A stretch of DNA of 64,000 nt, taken from positions 4,172,941 through 4,236,940 of the forward strand of contig OZ244144.1 of NCBI GenBank assembly GCA_965216305.1, in the 5' to 3' direction. Positions 9,501 to 17,906 of the stretch are shown in pieces. A model generated the notes under the pieces. The model searched no databases and was not told the origin of the DNA. It saw only the letters and a program-made list of their open reading frames with translations. How positions within the stretch are numbered: the stretch's first letter is position 1; each line of letters opens with the position of its first letter. Source of the stretch: Gammaproteobacteria bacterium. GTDB taxonomy: Bacteria; Pseudomonadota; Gammaproteobacteria; Ga0077536. A program made the translations under genes and the position numbers.

Positions 9501-12500
9501 TCAACTACAAGCGCGTTCGCGCTACCGTCTGCGAGGTCGATAATTTCGATGTGTTCGAGTGCGAGCGTGCCGGTGCTCGCCACGATTGACGGCAAATGCA
9601 GATTGCGTCCGTGAACCACGAGCGTGTCCGTGCCGGATCCGCCATCCACCCGCTGCGTATCCGCTGCGTCATAGATAATCCGGTCGTTCCCCGCCGCGCC
9701 GATAATGACATCGTTGCCGCCGGCGCCATCGAGGTTGTCATCGCCGCGTCCACCGATGAGGATTTCGTCCGCCGCGGTGCCGACGAAAGTGTCCGCGGCG
9801 TCCGAGCCTTCGTAATCCACGGCGGGCACCGGCGTGTCGTCGATAATACTGACATCGCCGCGGCCAAAAATCACATGCATCTGTCCGCCGTAGTCCTGTT
9901 CCGACGGCAGGTAGGGCGCCGCGATGACGATATCGTCATAACCGTCGCCGTTCACATCCTCGCCGCCGACGACGTTCGCGAAATCGAGCCATAACGCAAG
10001 GTCGCTACTGTAGATTTGTATCGCTTCGTGCTCACCGAACCCGTCGATGCTGCGCGTACCGCTGATGCGGTCGCCGCCGAACACGACGTAGACCGACCCG
10101 GCATCATTCGGCGCTGCGCCGGAGCTGGTACCGGGGGCCGTTACGAGCAGGTCATCGTATCCGTCACCATTGAAATCACCGGCATGCGTTACATTCGCGC
10201 CAAAGAAATCGCCACTCGATACACCGTGGATGCGCAACCCATTGTCGCCCAGCGCATCGAGTTCCTCGGTCCAGCCGGTACGCTCGGCGCGACCGTAAAC
10301 GATCGTAATTTCACCGGTATCGTTCGAGCTTTCGCCGTGAGGGTTTGCGGTCGGCGCGGCAATCGCGATGTCGTCGAAGCCGTCACCGTCGAAGTCGCCG
10401 ATGCCGGCGACGGCGGCGCCGGTACGGTCGAGATCGTCGCGACCCTGGAAGACCGTGATATGACTGTCGACGAACTGATCGGGATTCAGCGCCCGATCCA
10501 CGCCCTGCGGCTGGCCGTAAATCAGAAACGCCGCACCCGGATCGGGGTCGAAATAGCTGATGGTGGTGCCGGCGACGCCGACGAGGAAATCGTCATAACC
10601 GTCGCCGTCGAAGTCGCCGGCCGCCGCCAGCGTGGACCCGACTTGCGCGCCCGGATAAGCGCCCGTGAGCGTAAAGCCCGGCAGGAATCCGGGGCTGAGC
10701 AACGTAGAGGGATCTTCGAGGCCACCGTAGACGACCATCGTTTGTCCGCCGTACGACCAGCCGGTGTCAAAGTTCACAAGCTGTGAGGCAACAGCGAAGT
10801 CGTCATAGCCATCACCATTGACGTCGCCGACGGCGGAAACCACGGTACTGAAATCGTACGCCGGCAGCGCCGGGCCGGTGATGCGGACCCCGTTTACGCC
10901 GTCAGTCTCGCTCGGCAAACGGAGCACATCGCCGAGATTTTCGCTGCCGCGTACGAGCACCGTATCCTGCGGAACATGGGCACCCTCCAGCGGTGCGCCG
11001 TCAACCGGATCAACCGGCTTGCCCGTCACGAGGTAATCGTCAAAGCCGTCACCATTCTCGTCACCGATCACGGTGACCGTGATGCCGACGAGCGCGTTCG
11101 CGCTTTCATGCACAAGCGTGTGCCCGGACTCGGCGAACACGTCTGCGGCGCCTAACCGAGTTCCGGGTTCGAGCGCGGCACCGGGCAACAGGTATGCAGT
11201 CTCCACGCCGTCCGCGCTGTAGCTGTGACCGTTCGACCAGACGATATCGGCGCGGCCGTCGCCGTCGAGAGCCCCGAGCGCGAGTGAGTTGAAACCGTAG
11301 AACAACTCGGGAAAATCACCGCTGACCCGGGTAATCAGTGGATCCTCGAACGCGAGGTCGATCTGGGCGGCGCCGTTGCCGAATACACCGGCAACGATCA
11401 CGGTGCCGTCTGGTGACGGCGGCGCGTTTTCGAACACGAGCCCATCGGCGATCTCGAGATACGCGCCGCCTTTGCGATACACGGTGCCACTCGACAGTTC
11501 ACTGAACGTAGCCGGCGCGTGCACCCAGCCAGTGCCCGCATCGACCCGATCGCCGACGTCACCGGTGATCGTCAGCAGGTAGTTATCCTGCGGCAACAGG
11601 AAGGCGTCTACATCCGACAGCTGCAAGCGGTTCAGCCCGCCGCCGGTGAGGTCGATCGTCTCGATACTCCACAGCGTCGCTTCGACCGCTATCGGTGCGG
11701 GCCTTATGACAATGTCGCCACCCCAATCTGCGTCAATAGTCACCAGCGGCGGCTCTTCCACGGCCACGGACGTTACTTCAACCTCGCCCCCACCCTGCCC
11801 GGTTCCGATCGTGATGCTGCCTGCGCTGCTGTCGTCCGGGAGCGCGAAGCTGAAGCTTGACGTGGCACCACCGGCTACCAGCGACGTCACTTCGACCCCA
11901 CCCGACAATTCCAGCACCCCGCCCGCACTGCTCGCCGGAGCGATGGGGGTCGGGTGCAGGGTGATTTCCGGTCCGATGTGGCCGAGCAACAGGGTGTCGA
12001 GTCCGGCGCCGCCATCGGCGAAGATGGTGGCGCCGATCCTGATAATCAGTGTGTCGTCGCCGTCGCCTCCGTACAGTTCGTCCGCGAGGCCGTCGCCGCC
12101 ATCGAGGTAATCGTTCCCACCGGCACCGTACAAGCGGTCGTCACCGTCCTGTCCGTACAGATGGTCGTCACCGTCGCCACCTTTCAGCAGATCGTTTTCA
12201 CCGCCGCCGTACAGTTCGTCGTCGCCGCGTTGCCCGGTGAGTTCGTCGTCGCCGTCGTCGCCGTACAGGCGGTCATTGCCATTGCCGCCTTTCAATACAT
12301 CGTTATCGTCACCACCGAAGATGCGGTCGTCACCGTTCTGGCCGTACAACTGATCCTTGCCGTCGCCGCCTTTCAGAAAGTCGTCGTCGGCAGCGCCGTA
12401 CAAGCGATCATTGCCATGCTGGCCATACAAGCGGTCGTTGCCATTGCCGCCTTTGAGTATGTCGTTGTGACGTTCGCCGAAAAGCTGGTCGTTGCCGTGC

Positions 12501-13006
12501 TGACCGTACAGACTGTCTTTGCCGTCGCCACCGTTCAGCAGGTCGTTATGCGCGCCGCCGTAGAGTTGATCCTTGCCGTGCTGACCATGCAGCTGATCAC
12601 TACCGTCGCCGCCTTTGAGCACGTCGTTATGGCGTCCGCCGTACAACTGGTCGTTGCCGTGCTGGCCGTGCAGATGGTCATTGCCGTCGCCGCCATTCAG
12701 AACGTCGTTGTGACGTTCGCCGAATAACCGGTCGTTACCGTGTTGGCCGTAGAGGCGATCGTTACCGTCGCCACCCATGAGAAGATCGTGATCGAGCTCA
12801 CCGTAGAGCTCGTCCGCGCTGCCTTGTCCGTAAAGCTTGTCGTTACCCGCGCCGCCGAACAAGCGATCCTTGCCCTGCCCGCCGAATGCCATGTCCCAAC
12901 CGGCGAGTCCGTACAGGCGATCGTTGCCGCCCTCGCCATGCAGGGCATCGCCCACCGCAGTTCCGATCAGCGTGTCGTCGGTATTGTTACCGCGTTTTGT
13001 CGCCAT
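6545..13006 (-). CDS. Giant (2153-aa) RTX-family secreted adhesin-like protein: N-terminal haemolysin-type Ca-binding nonapeptide repeats, central FG-GAP/VCBS (integrin-alpha-like) repeats, C-terminal type I secretion target domain
   Basis: About 35 GGxGxDxL(Y/F)G-type nonapeptides at residues 20-330. Repeated 'GDFNGDGYDDL/GDVNGDGYDDF' FG-GAP motifs. A second RTX block near the C-terminus. C-terminal 'DVLALPD...GDSGDTV...' T1SS signal-like domain. RBS AGGAG 4 nt before ATG at 13006. Confidence 0.85.
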   Translation of the reverse strand: MATKRGNNTDDTLIGTAVGDALHGEGGNDRLYGLAGWDMAFGGQGKDRLFGGAGNDKLYGQGSADELYGELDHDLLMGGDGNDRLYGQHGNDRLFGERHNDVLNGGDGNDHLHGQHGNDQLYGGRHNDVLKGGDGSDQLHGQHGKDQLYGGAHNDLLNGGDGKDSLYGQHGNDQLFGERHNDILKGGNGNDRLYGQHGNDRLYGAADDDFLKGGDGKDQLYGQNGDDRIFGGDDNDVLKGGNGNDRLYGDDGDDELTGQRGDDELYGGGENDLLKGGDGDDHLYGQDGDDRLYGAGGNDYLDGGDGLADELYGGDGDDTLIIRIGATIFADGGAGLDTLLLGHIGPEITLHPTPIAPASSAGGVLELSGGVEVTSLVAGGATSSFSFALPDDSSAGSITIGTGQGGGEVEVTSVAVEEPPLVTIDADWGGDIVIRPAPIAVEATLWSIETIDLTGGGLNRLQLSDVDAFLLPQDNYLLTITGDVGDRVDAGTGWVHAPATFSELSSGTVYRKGGAYLEIADGLVFENAPPSPDGTVIVAGVFGNGAAQIDLAFEDPLITRVSGDFPELFYGFNSLALGALDGDGRADIVWSNGHSYSADGVETAYLLPGAALEPGTRLGAADVFAESGHTLVHESANALVGITVTVIGDENGDGFDDYLVTGKPVDPVDGAPLEGAHVPQDTVLVRGSENLGDVLRLPSETDGVNGVRITGPALPAYDFSTVVSAVGDVNGDGYDDFAVASQLVNFDTGWSYGGQTMVVYGGLEDPSTLLSPGFLPGFTLTGAYPGAQVGSTLAAAGDFDGDGYDDFLVGVAGTTISYFDPDPGAAFLIYGQPQGVDRALNPDQFVDSHITVFQGRDDLDRTGAAVAGIGDFDGDGFDDIAIAAPTANPHGESSNDTGEITIVYGRAERTGWTEELDALGDNGLRIHGVSSGDFFGANVTHAGDFNGDGYDDLLVTAPGTSSGAAPNDAGSVYVVFGGDRISGTRSIDGFGEHEAIQIYSSDLALWLDFANVVGGEDVNGDGYDDIVIAAPYLPSEQDYGGQMHVIFGRGDVSIIDDTPVPAVDYEGSDAADTFVGTAADEILIGGRGDDNLDGAGGNDVIIGAAGNDRIIYDAADTQRVDGGSGTDTLVVHGRNLHLPSIVASTGTLALEHIEIIDLADGSANALVVDFDTLLRLTDSAHSLRVVGDTGDFVVFDETMFGPPTAVEFEGVDYVRYAAGAAELLVETGVTAGLPPLTLLDDGATPAFDLDEDTEIYITPSVLDNDHLLGDPSLLQLQATGLDPYIRTPMFLSIDESGQIRVQINADGSAHWLAEGETQLFDIPYFVTDAWGRTAQATVALRLVGVNDAPDVEFYSSLGPIAAAFTEYGQPARISLNRLHDVDGHIEEVIMRIVGDYSPGLDLLLAPEVAGITADFDSQNGTLTVQIDPDIANVTPYGFLRDVVYTHTSPGSALGDKALQITATDDRGAVTTATGSIVFDAFDGHETLTSLLEANGGDGSAGYYFDLTIAHEISAGSDFDGDGFADFIAINGDSERDVAIIGGGLVSVANAGDLHAAIDYDSAFASGYNPYTTGAALGDINGDGYDDFLVTSFYNDKVILVHGSAPGSIAGLADIETAGDAAQGGTLFTSRSGEYNDLGRFVHDVGDVNGDGYADFAVVEGLRSDNGTLHIVLGRPEGFGGVAVLTDAAATEFDPSLALTITASRPGDSGQTPGPGYEILRSGDFNGDGYDDIVVDARSALTHHASGLFFVFGGASANPQTDLNSSDFTPGADGFVIYEHEDPVDLRDGWFDTLGDFNGDGIDDFVVRVNTRSIGGDTWTTGAVVYGGQAFGALYDLQYLLDGSRPEAGFAITHTTFQSTFDARVFGVGDVNGDGYADLAVGSPQYLIDGRDNAGRVSIVFGAPDQSGSVDIDNLGTSDGVYLDGYARHQARGEVVVALGDVNGDGFDDIYLDSGTSGTHTSNEEFVVFGRDFADKVDFLGQDENDALTGTEDDEILVGGRGDDVLDGGAGNDTLNGGAGDDTLIYDPADTAKVDGGSGVDTLLFTGAGLVLDFDNARNIENIEVIDLTGSGNNTVKFDIHDVLALPDRAALFDDAPTRQLRIEGDSGDTVESTGQGWQQGDAVDIGGISYASYGHGDIGAQLLVDPDITVIIS
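12016..12946 (-). repeat. Tandem 27/54/81-bp periodic DNA repeats encoding the RTX nonapeptide block
   Basis: The protein shows 9-aa periodicity, with groups of 3 nonapeptides recurring. The antisense frame gives a spurious repetitive ORF (11954-12727). Confidence 0.6.
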
Positions 13007-13102
13007 TCGACTCCTGCCTGAGGTGGGTTGTCACCGGCCAGCGGCTTGCGTCTGCGGGCAGATCGCGCCGTCGACGTATAAATCCGGTCGCCAGCCGGGC
13101 AC

Positions 13103-13112
13103 GGGGGGGGGG
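13103..13112. promoter_or_regulatory. Homopolymeric G10 tract about 100 bp upstream of the RTX adhesin start; candidate slipped-strand phase-variation switch
   Basis: 'acgggggggggggtcgc' at 13101-13115, in the 600-bp divergent intergenic region between the RTX gene (minus strand, start 13006) and the coxM-like gene. Confidence 0.3.
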
Positions 13113-13611
13113 TCGCAGTAATTATGTAACGAGACCCATGGCAGCGACAAGCGCCCTGCGTCCGCAGCGGCAAACGCGTGCCGGTCTGCGACAAATCCGG
13201 GCCGGCATAACCGCGTGTTGCCGCGGCGCATGCGGCCCCGCTCGCAGCCGGCAAGGCGGATCGGTGCCTTGCACTCATCGCCTGGCCCTGATGCGAAATA
13301 AGAAAAACTAAACATATACCGTACGCCATTACGAGTAAGATACTCTCGGGCGGGGAGCCGGAGGACCGTTTATTCACGCCGAATGAACGCTGGCGTACGC
13401 CCATCGATTAAGGCACATCCAGGCGCACGCGCCGTGGACGTTCCTGTCGGGCCGCGGGCGGGCGTATCGTCGCCTCACAACAGCGCCGGATGCCCCTGCG
13501 GTCGGCGCCTGGGCGTCTGGCGAGGCCCGTGCGCGTTGAAGTCTGGCGAAGCTGTCGTTCTGATCTGCCCCGGCGCGAGTCCGGTCTATGCACAAGGGAG
13601 AAGAATTTTTC

Positions 13612-14472
13612 ATGAGATACGAAGCACCAACGACGACCAGGGCCGCGGCGTCGCTCCTGGCGAAAGCGAAAGGCAAGGCGTTTGTCCTTGCCGGCGGCAC
13701 CGATCTGCTGGTTCGCATGCGCAGCGGCATGACGGAGCCGGATTTGGTCGTGGATATCAAGCAGATCCCGGCAACTCAAGCGATAAAGAAAACCGCCAGC
13801 GGTTTTACCATCGGGGCAGCAGTATCCGCCGCCGCGCTCGGTGAGCATGCCGCGTTGAAGAAAGCCTGGCCCGGAGTAGTGGAGGCAGCGAATCTGATCG
13901 GTTCCGATCAAATTCAGAGCCGCTGCACCATGGCCGGCAATCTGTGTAATGCCTCACCCGCCGCGGACAGCGTGCCGGCGATGATCGCCGCGCGCGCCAA
14001 AGCCGTCATCGTTGGCCCCAAGGGCAAGCGCACGGTGGCGGTGGAAAAGATCGTGACGGCGCCGGGGAAAACATCGTTGAAAAAAGGCGAAATCGTCGAG
14101 GCGATCACGCTACCGGCGCGCAAACCGAAAACGGGTGATGCGTATCTGCGTTTCATTCCACGCAGCGAGATGGATATTGCGGTATGCAGCGCGGGCGTTT
14201 GTCTCGGCATCGACACAAAAGGTGTCGTCACCGAAGCGCGCGTTGCCCTGGGTGCCGTGGCGCCGACGGCGGTCCTCGTGCCGGCCGCGGCAAAAGCGAT
14301 TATCGGCACAAAACTCGACGACGATGCGCTGGCGAAACTCGCCGCGGCTTGTGAAGCCGCCTGTTCGCCAATCGACGACAAGCGCGGAACAGTCGAATAC
14401 AGAACTGAAGTGGCCGGGGTGCTCGCGCGCCGCGCGGCGAAGATCGCGTATCAGCGCGCAGGAGGAAAATAA
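13612..14472 (+). CDS. Xanthine dehydrogenase family protein, FAD-binding medium subunit (CoxM-like)
   Basis: 'AFVLAGGTDLLVRMRSG' FAD-binding molybdopterin-dehydrogenase motif. RBS AAGGGAGAAG upstream of ATG 13612. Confidence 0.8.
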   Translation: MRYEAPTTTRAAASLLAKAKGKAFVLAGGTDLLVRMRSGMTEPDLVVDIKQIPATQAIKKTASGFTIGAAVSAAALGEHAALKKAWPGVVEAANLIGSDQIQSRCTMAGNLCNASPAADSVPAMIAARAKAVIVGPKGKRTVAVEKIVTAPGKTSLKKGEIVEAITLPARKPKTGDAYLRFIPRSEMDIAVCSAGVCLGIDTKGVVTEARVALGAVAPTAVLVPAAAKAIIGTKLDDDALAKLAAACEAACSPIDDKRGTVEYRTEVAGVLARRAAKIAYQRAGGK

Positions 14473-14966
14473 TGTCCGGGATTCCAGTTTCGACCACCGT
14501 AAACGGCGATGCCGTCGAGTACATCTGTCATCCGGAAGAGACGCTGCTCGATGCGCTGCGTGATCGGGTGGGGCTGATCGGAGCAAAAGAAGGCTGCAGC
14601 ACCGGCGATTGCGGCGCCTGCAGCGTTACGCTTGATGGCCGCCTCGTTTGCGCGTGTCTCGTCCTCGGCGCGGAAGCGCAAGGCCGCGAGGTCATCACCG
14701 TGGAAGGTCTCGCGGACGGTGAAACACTGCATCCGCTGCAACGACAATTCATCGACCACGCTGCTCTGCAATGCGGTATCTGCACGCCGGGGTTTCTCGT
14801 CGCGGCGAAAGCGCTGCTCGATCGAAATCCCTCGCCGAGCGAGACGGAGATCCGTTTCGCACTGGCCGGTAACCTGTGCCGCTGCACGGGCTACGACAAG
14901 ATCGTCCGCGCGGTAGACGCCGCGGCAAAAGACATGGCGAAGACGTCGCGCAAAAAATCCCGCTAG
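14472..14966 (+). CDS. (2Fe-2S)-binding small subunit of xanthine dehydrogenase family enzyme (CoxS-like)
   Basis: Two cysteine clusters 'CSTGDCGACSV' and 'CGICTPGF...CRCTGY'. TAATG overlap with the upstream gene. Confidence 0.85.
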   Translation: MSGIPVSTTVNGDAVEYICHPEETLLDALRDRVGLIGAKEGCSTGDCGACSVTLDGRLVCACLVLGAEAQGREVITVEGLADGETLHPLQRQFIDHAALQCGICTPGFLVAAKALLDRNPSPSETEIRFALAGNLCRCTGYDKIVRAVDAAAKDMAKTSRKKSR

Positions 14967-15015
14967 TACGCACCGCAACAGCGCGACCGGCAACGAATCG
15001 ACAGGAGATAAAGAA

Positions 15016-17292
15016 GTGGCACAGGACACGAGTTTTACGAACCAGAAATTCAAGCGCGTCGGTACCCGACCCGAGCGTCCGGACGGTCTCGACAAGGTAA
15101 CCGGGCGGGCGCGCTATGGCGCTGACCAGTCCGCCCCGGGTCAGTTGATCGGCATGGTCCTGCGCTCTCCGCACGCGCACGCGAAGATCGTGAAGATCGA
15201 TACCTCCAAAGCCGAGAAGCTCAAAGGGGTAAAGGCCGTACTGACGTACAAGGACCTGCCGGATCTGACGAACGGCGACCGCGCGCTGTACGACATCCTC
15301 GAAAACTGCATGGCGCGCGGCCGTGCGCTGTACGACGGACATGCAGTGGCTGCAGTGGCTGCGATCGACGCCCCGACGGCGAAGAAAGCACTGAAACTCA
15401 TCAAGATCGATTACAAAATATTGCCGCATGTCACCGATGTCGATGAAGCGATGAAGCCGAAGGCGCCCATCGTACAGCCGCACATTCGTACAATCGGTGT
15501 TGAGCCGACGCCGAAGAAAGCGTCGAACATCGCGCAGCGTTCGGAATTCGGTCACGGCGACGTGGAAGCGGGTTTCGCCGACGCCGATGTGATCATCGAG
15601 AAGAGCTACAAGACCGAACAGACGCACCAGGGTTATATCGAACCGCATGCCTGTCTCGCGAGCGTCGGTCCGGACGGTAACGGTGAACTGTGGGTGACTA
15701 CCCAGGGGCATTTCGTGTTCCGTAACACCTGTTCGAAACTGCTCGGCATGGAAATCGCAAAGCTGAAAGTGACGTCATCGGAAATTGGCGGCGGCTTCGG
15801 TGGCAAGACCCACGTATGGATGGAACCCGTTGCGCTCGGGCTGTCGCGCAAGGCGAACCGCCCGGTCAAACTCGTCATGAGTCGTGAAGAAGTATTCCGC
15901 GCCACCGGCCCCACGTCGTCGACATCGATCGACGTGAAAATCGGTGCGAAAAAGGACGGCACGATCACGGCGGCGAGCGCGGAACTGCGCTACCAGGACG
16001 GCGCGTTTCCGTTCATCTGGGGCATGCTGGGCGCGATGACATCATTCGCCTGTTACGACCTCAAGAACGTTAAATCGGTCGGCTATGACGTGCTCGTGAA
16101 CCGGCCGAAGGTGGCGGCTTATCGCGCGCCCTCCGCGCCAATGGCGGCATTCGCGGTGGAAAGCACGCTCGACCTGGTAGCGGAAGCGATCGGGATGAAG
16201 CCGCTCGATTTACGCCTCAACAATGCAGCGAAGGAAGGCACGCTCGCATCCTACGGACCTACGTATGGTCCGATTGGTATCGGTGCGACGCTTGAGGCGG
16301 TGAAGAAACATCCGCACATGAAAGCGCCACTGGGCAAGAATCAGGGCCGCGGCATGGCGTGTGGCTTCTGGTTCAACTTTGGCGGTCAGACCTGCGCGGA
16401 CATGAACGTCAGCGTTGACGGAACCGTGAACCTGTCTATTGGCACGATCGACGTTGGCGGCGCCCGCGCGTCGATGTCGCTGATCGCGGCGGAGGAACTC
16501 GGCATCCCCTACGAACAGGTGAAGTGCACCATCGCCGATACAAGCTCACTCGGCCATAACGACATGACCGAAGGCAGCCGCGGTACGTTTTCCACCGGTA
16601 TGGCGATCATCCTGGCCGCGCGGGACATGATTCAGACACTGCGTGAGCGCGCCGCGAAAACCTGGAACATAGACGTCAAGCATGTCGAGTGGAAAGAAGG
16701 CCAGGCAGTCGCGAAGGGCGCGAAACATCGCGATCTGAAACCGCTGCCGCTGGCGAAACTCGCGGCTTCGGCGGTGAAGACGGGCGGCCCGATCGCGTGT
16801 CACAAGGAAGTTGTCGCCGATGGCGCCGGTGTCTCGTTCGCGAGTCATATCTGTGACGTCGAGGTGGATCCGGAAACGGGCGCGACAAAAGTGCTGCGCT
16901 ATACCGTGGTCCAGGATGCCGGCAAGGCGATTCACCCGGATTACGTCGAAGGCCAGTTCCAGGGCGGCGCGGCACAGGGGATCGGCTGGGCGCTCAACGA
17001 GGAGTACATCTACGGCGAGGACGGCCGGCTGCAGAATCCGGGCTTCCTCGATTACCGCGTGCCGGTGTGCTCGGATCTGCCGTTTATCGATACCCAGATT
17101 CTGGAGATCCCGAACCCCGGTCATCCTTACGGCGTTCGCGGAGTCGGCGAAACGTCGATCGTGCCGCCGCTGGCAGCCATCGGTAATGCCGTCTCGAATG
17201 CGGCCGGGGTGCGCATGACGCATGTGCCGATGTCGCCTCCACGCATCCTGAAAGCTCTGAATGCGCAGAAGCGGGAACGCTCAGCCGCTTGA
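15016..17292 (+). CDS. Xanthine dehydrogenase family molybdopterin-binding large subunit (CoxL-like; neither the form I nor the form II CODH active-site motif is present)
   Basis: 758 aa. GTG start with AGGAG 7 nt upstream. The aldehyde oxidase/XDH a/b hammerhead and MoCo-binding domains are recognisable. The loop reads 'AYRAPSAP' rather than VAYRCSFR or AYRGAGR. Confidence 0.85.
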   Translation: MAQDTSFTNQKFKRVGTRPERPDGLDKVTGRARYGADQSAPGQLIGMVLRSPHAHAKIVKIDTSKAEKLKGVKAVLTYKDLPDLTNGDRALYDILENCMARGRALYDGHAVAAVAAIDAPTAKKALKLIKIDYKILPHVTDVDEAMKPKAPIVQPHIRTIGVEPTPKKASNIAQRSEFGHGDVEAGFADADVIIEKSYKTEQTHQGYIEPHACLASVGPDGNGELWVTTQGHFVFRNTCSKLLGMEIAKLKVTSSEIGGGFGGKTHVWMEPVALGLSRKANRPVKLVMSREEVFRATGPTSSTSIDVKIGAKKDGTITAASAELRYQDGAFPFIWGMLGAMTSFACYDLKNVKSVGYDVLVNRPKVAAYRAPSAPMAAFAVESTLDLVAEAIGMKPLDLRLNNAAKEGTLASYGPTYGPIGIGATLEAVKKHPHMKAPLGKNQGRGMACGFWFNFGGQTCADMNVSVDGTVNLSIGTIDVGGARASMSLIAAEELGIPYEQVKCTIADTSSLGHNDMTEGSRGTFSTGMAIILAARDMIQTLRERAAKTWNIDVKHVEWKEGQAVAKGAKHRDLKPLPLAKLAASAVKTGGPIACHKEVVADGAGVSFASHICDVEVDPETGATKVLRYTVVQDAGKAIHPDYVEGQFQGGAAQGIGWALNEEYIYGEDGRLQNPGFLDYRVPVCSDLPFIDTQILEIPNPGHPYGVRGVGETSIVPPLAAIGNAVSNAAGVRMTHVPMSPPRILKALNAQKRERSAA

Positions 17293-17537
17293 TGGCCGAG
17301 GTAAAACTCACCGGTTCGTTGCGTGCCGCGGTTGGCGGGGCCGCCTCAGTGTCGATTGAGGCGGCCACGATCCGGGAATTGTTCCGGGAACTCGTGAAAC
17401 GCTACCCGGAACTCGAACCGAGTATCGACGCCGGGCTCGCAGTGTCGATCAACGGCGACATTTATCGCGACGACTGGGGCGAACCGATCCCCGCGGATGC
17501 GGATGTGTTTTTGCTGCCGCGCATCGAGGGTGGCTGA
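17289..17537 (+). CDS. MoaD/ThiS family ubiquitin-like sulfur-carrier protein (C-terminal Gly-Gly)
   Basis: 82 aa ending '...LLPRIEGG*'. ATGA-type overlap with the large-subunit stop. Confidence 0.55.
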   Translation: MMAEVKLTGSLRAAVGGAASVSIEAATIRELFRELVKRYPELEPSIDAGLAVSINGDIYRDDWGEPIPADADVFLLPRIEGG

Positions 17538-17571
17538 GCTGATGGCGGCGGGCGTCCATGCACCCCAAACT

Positions 17572-17600
17572 AAAAAGGGTCCCGGTGGGACCCTTTTTAT
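17572..17600. terminator. Bidirectional rho-independent terminator (7-bp GC stem GGGTCCC/GGGACCC, loop GGT, flanked by A-run and T-run)
   Basis: aaaaagggtcccggtgggaccctttttat. It terminates the moaD-like gene on plus and the tRNA-like array on minus. Near-identical copies lie at 17741-17770 and 17907-17937. Confidence 0.6.
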
Positions 17601-17603
17601 GTT

Positions 17604-17740
17604 TGGCGCGCCCGGAAGGATTGATGGCTAAAGCGAAGTATCGCTTTAACCACCCCTGCGGGGCGCGCTCCGCGCGTCCAATCTTCCTGCGGAAGATTGT
17701 CGAACCGGGAGGCTCTCTCCAACCTGGACACAACAAATTA
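17604..17740 (-). ncRNA. tRNA-Arg-derived structured element (type 1, copy 1): T-arm-like 5' part + ~75-nt four-hairpin insert + authentic tRNA 3' end (ATCCTTCCGGGCGCGCCA), followed by its own terminator
   Basis: The last 18 nt are identical to the 3' end of the intact tRNA-Arg. It contains hairpins ATCTTCC-GCA-GGAAGAT, GCGCGC-GGAG-GCGCGC, CCCC-GCA-GGGG and a ~10-bp variable hairpin. The terminator is at 17572-17600. Confidence 0.4.
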
Positions 17741-17770
17741 AAAAGTGCCCCGGTGGGACCCTTTTAATTT
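17741..17770. terminator. Second copy of the palindromic terminator (slightly degenerate stem)
   Basis: aaaagtgccccggtgggacccttttaattt, immediately after the CCA end of the type-1 copy 2 element on the minus strand. Confidence 0.4.
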
Positions 17771-17906
17771 TGGCGCGCCCGGAAGGATTGATTCGAAAAA
17801 CGAAGACTCGTTTTCCTCACCCCTGCGGGGCGCGCTCCGCGCGTCCAATCTTCCTACGGAAGATTGTCGAACCGGGAGGCCCTCTCCAACCTGGACACAA
17901 CAAATT
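17771..17906 (-). ncRNA. tRNA-Arg-derived structured element (type 1, copy 2)
   Basis: About 92% identical to copy 1. Differences concentrate in one hairpin and keep it paired (GGCTAAAGCGA...TCGCTTTAACC versus GAAAAACGA...TCGTTTTCC). Confidence 0.4.

Noticed and set aside
11954-12727. 257-aa Val/Ala-rich ORF on the plus strand
   Set aside because: It is the antisense reading of the RTX nonapeptide repeat DNA inside the 2153-aa adhesin gene.
14749-15711. 320-aa minus-strand ORF
   Set aside because: Antisense to the coxS/coxL-like genes, which have clear cofactor motifs.
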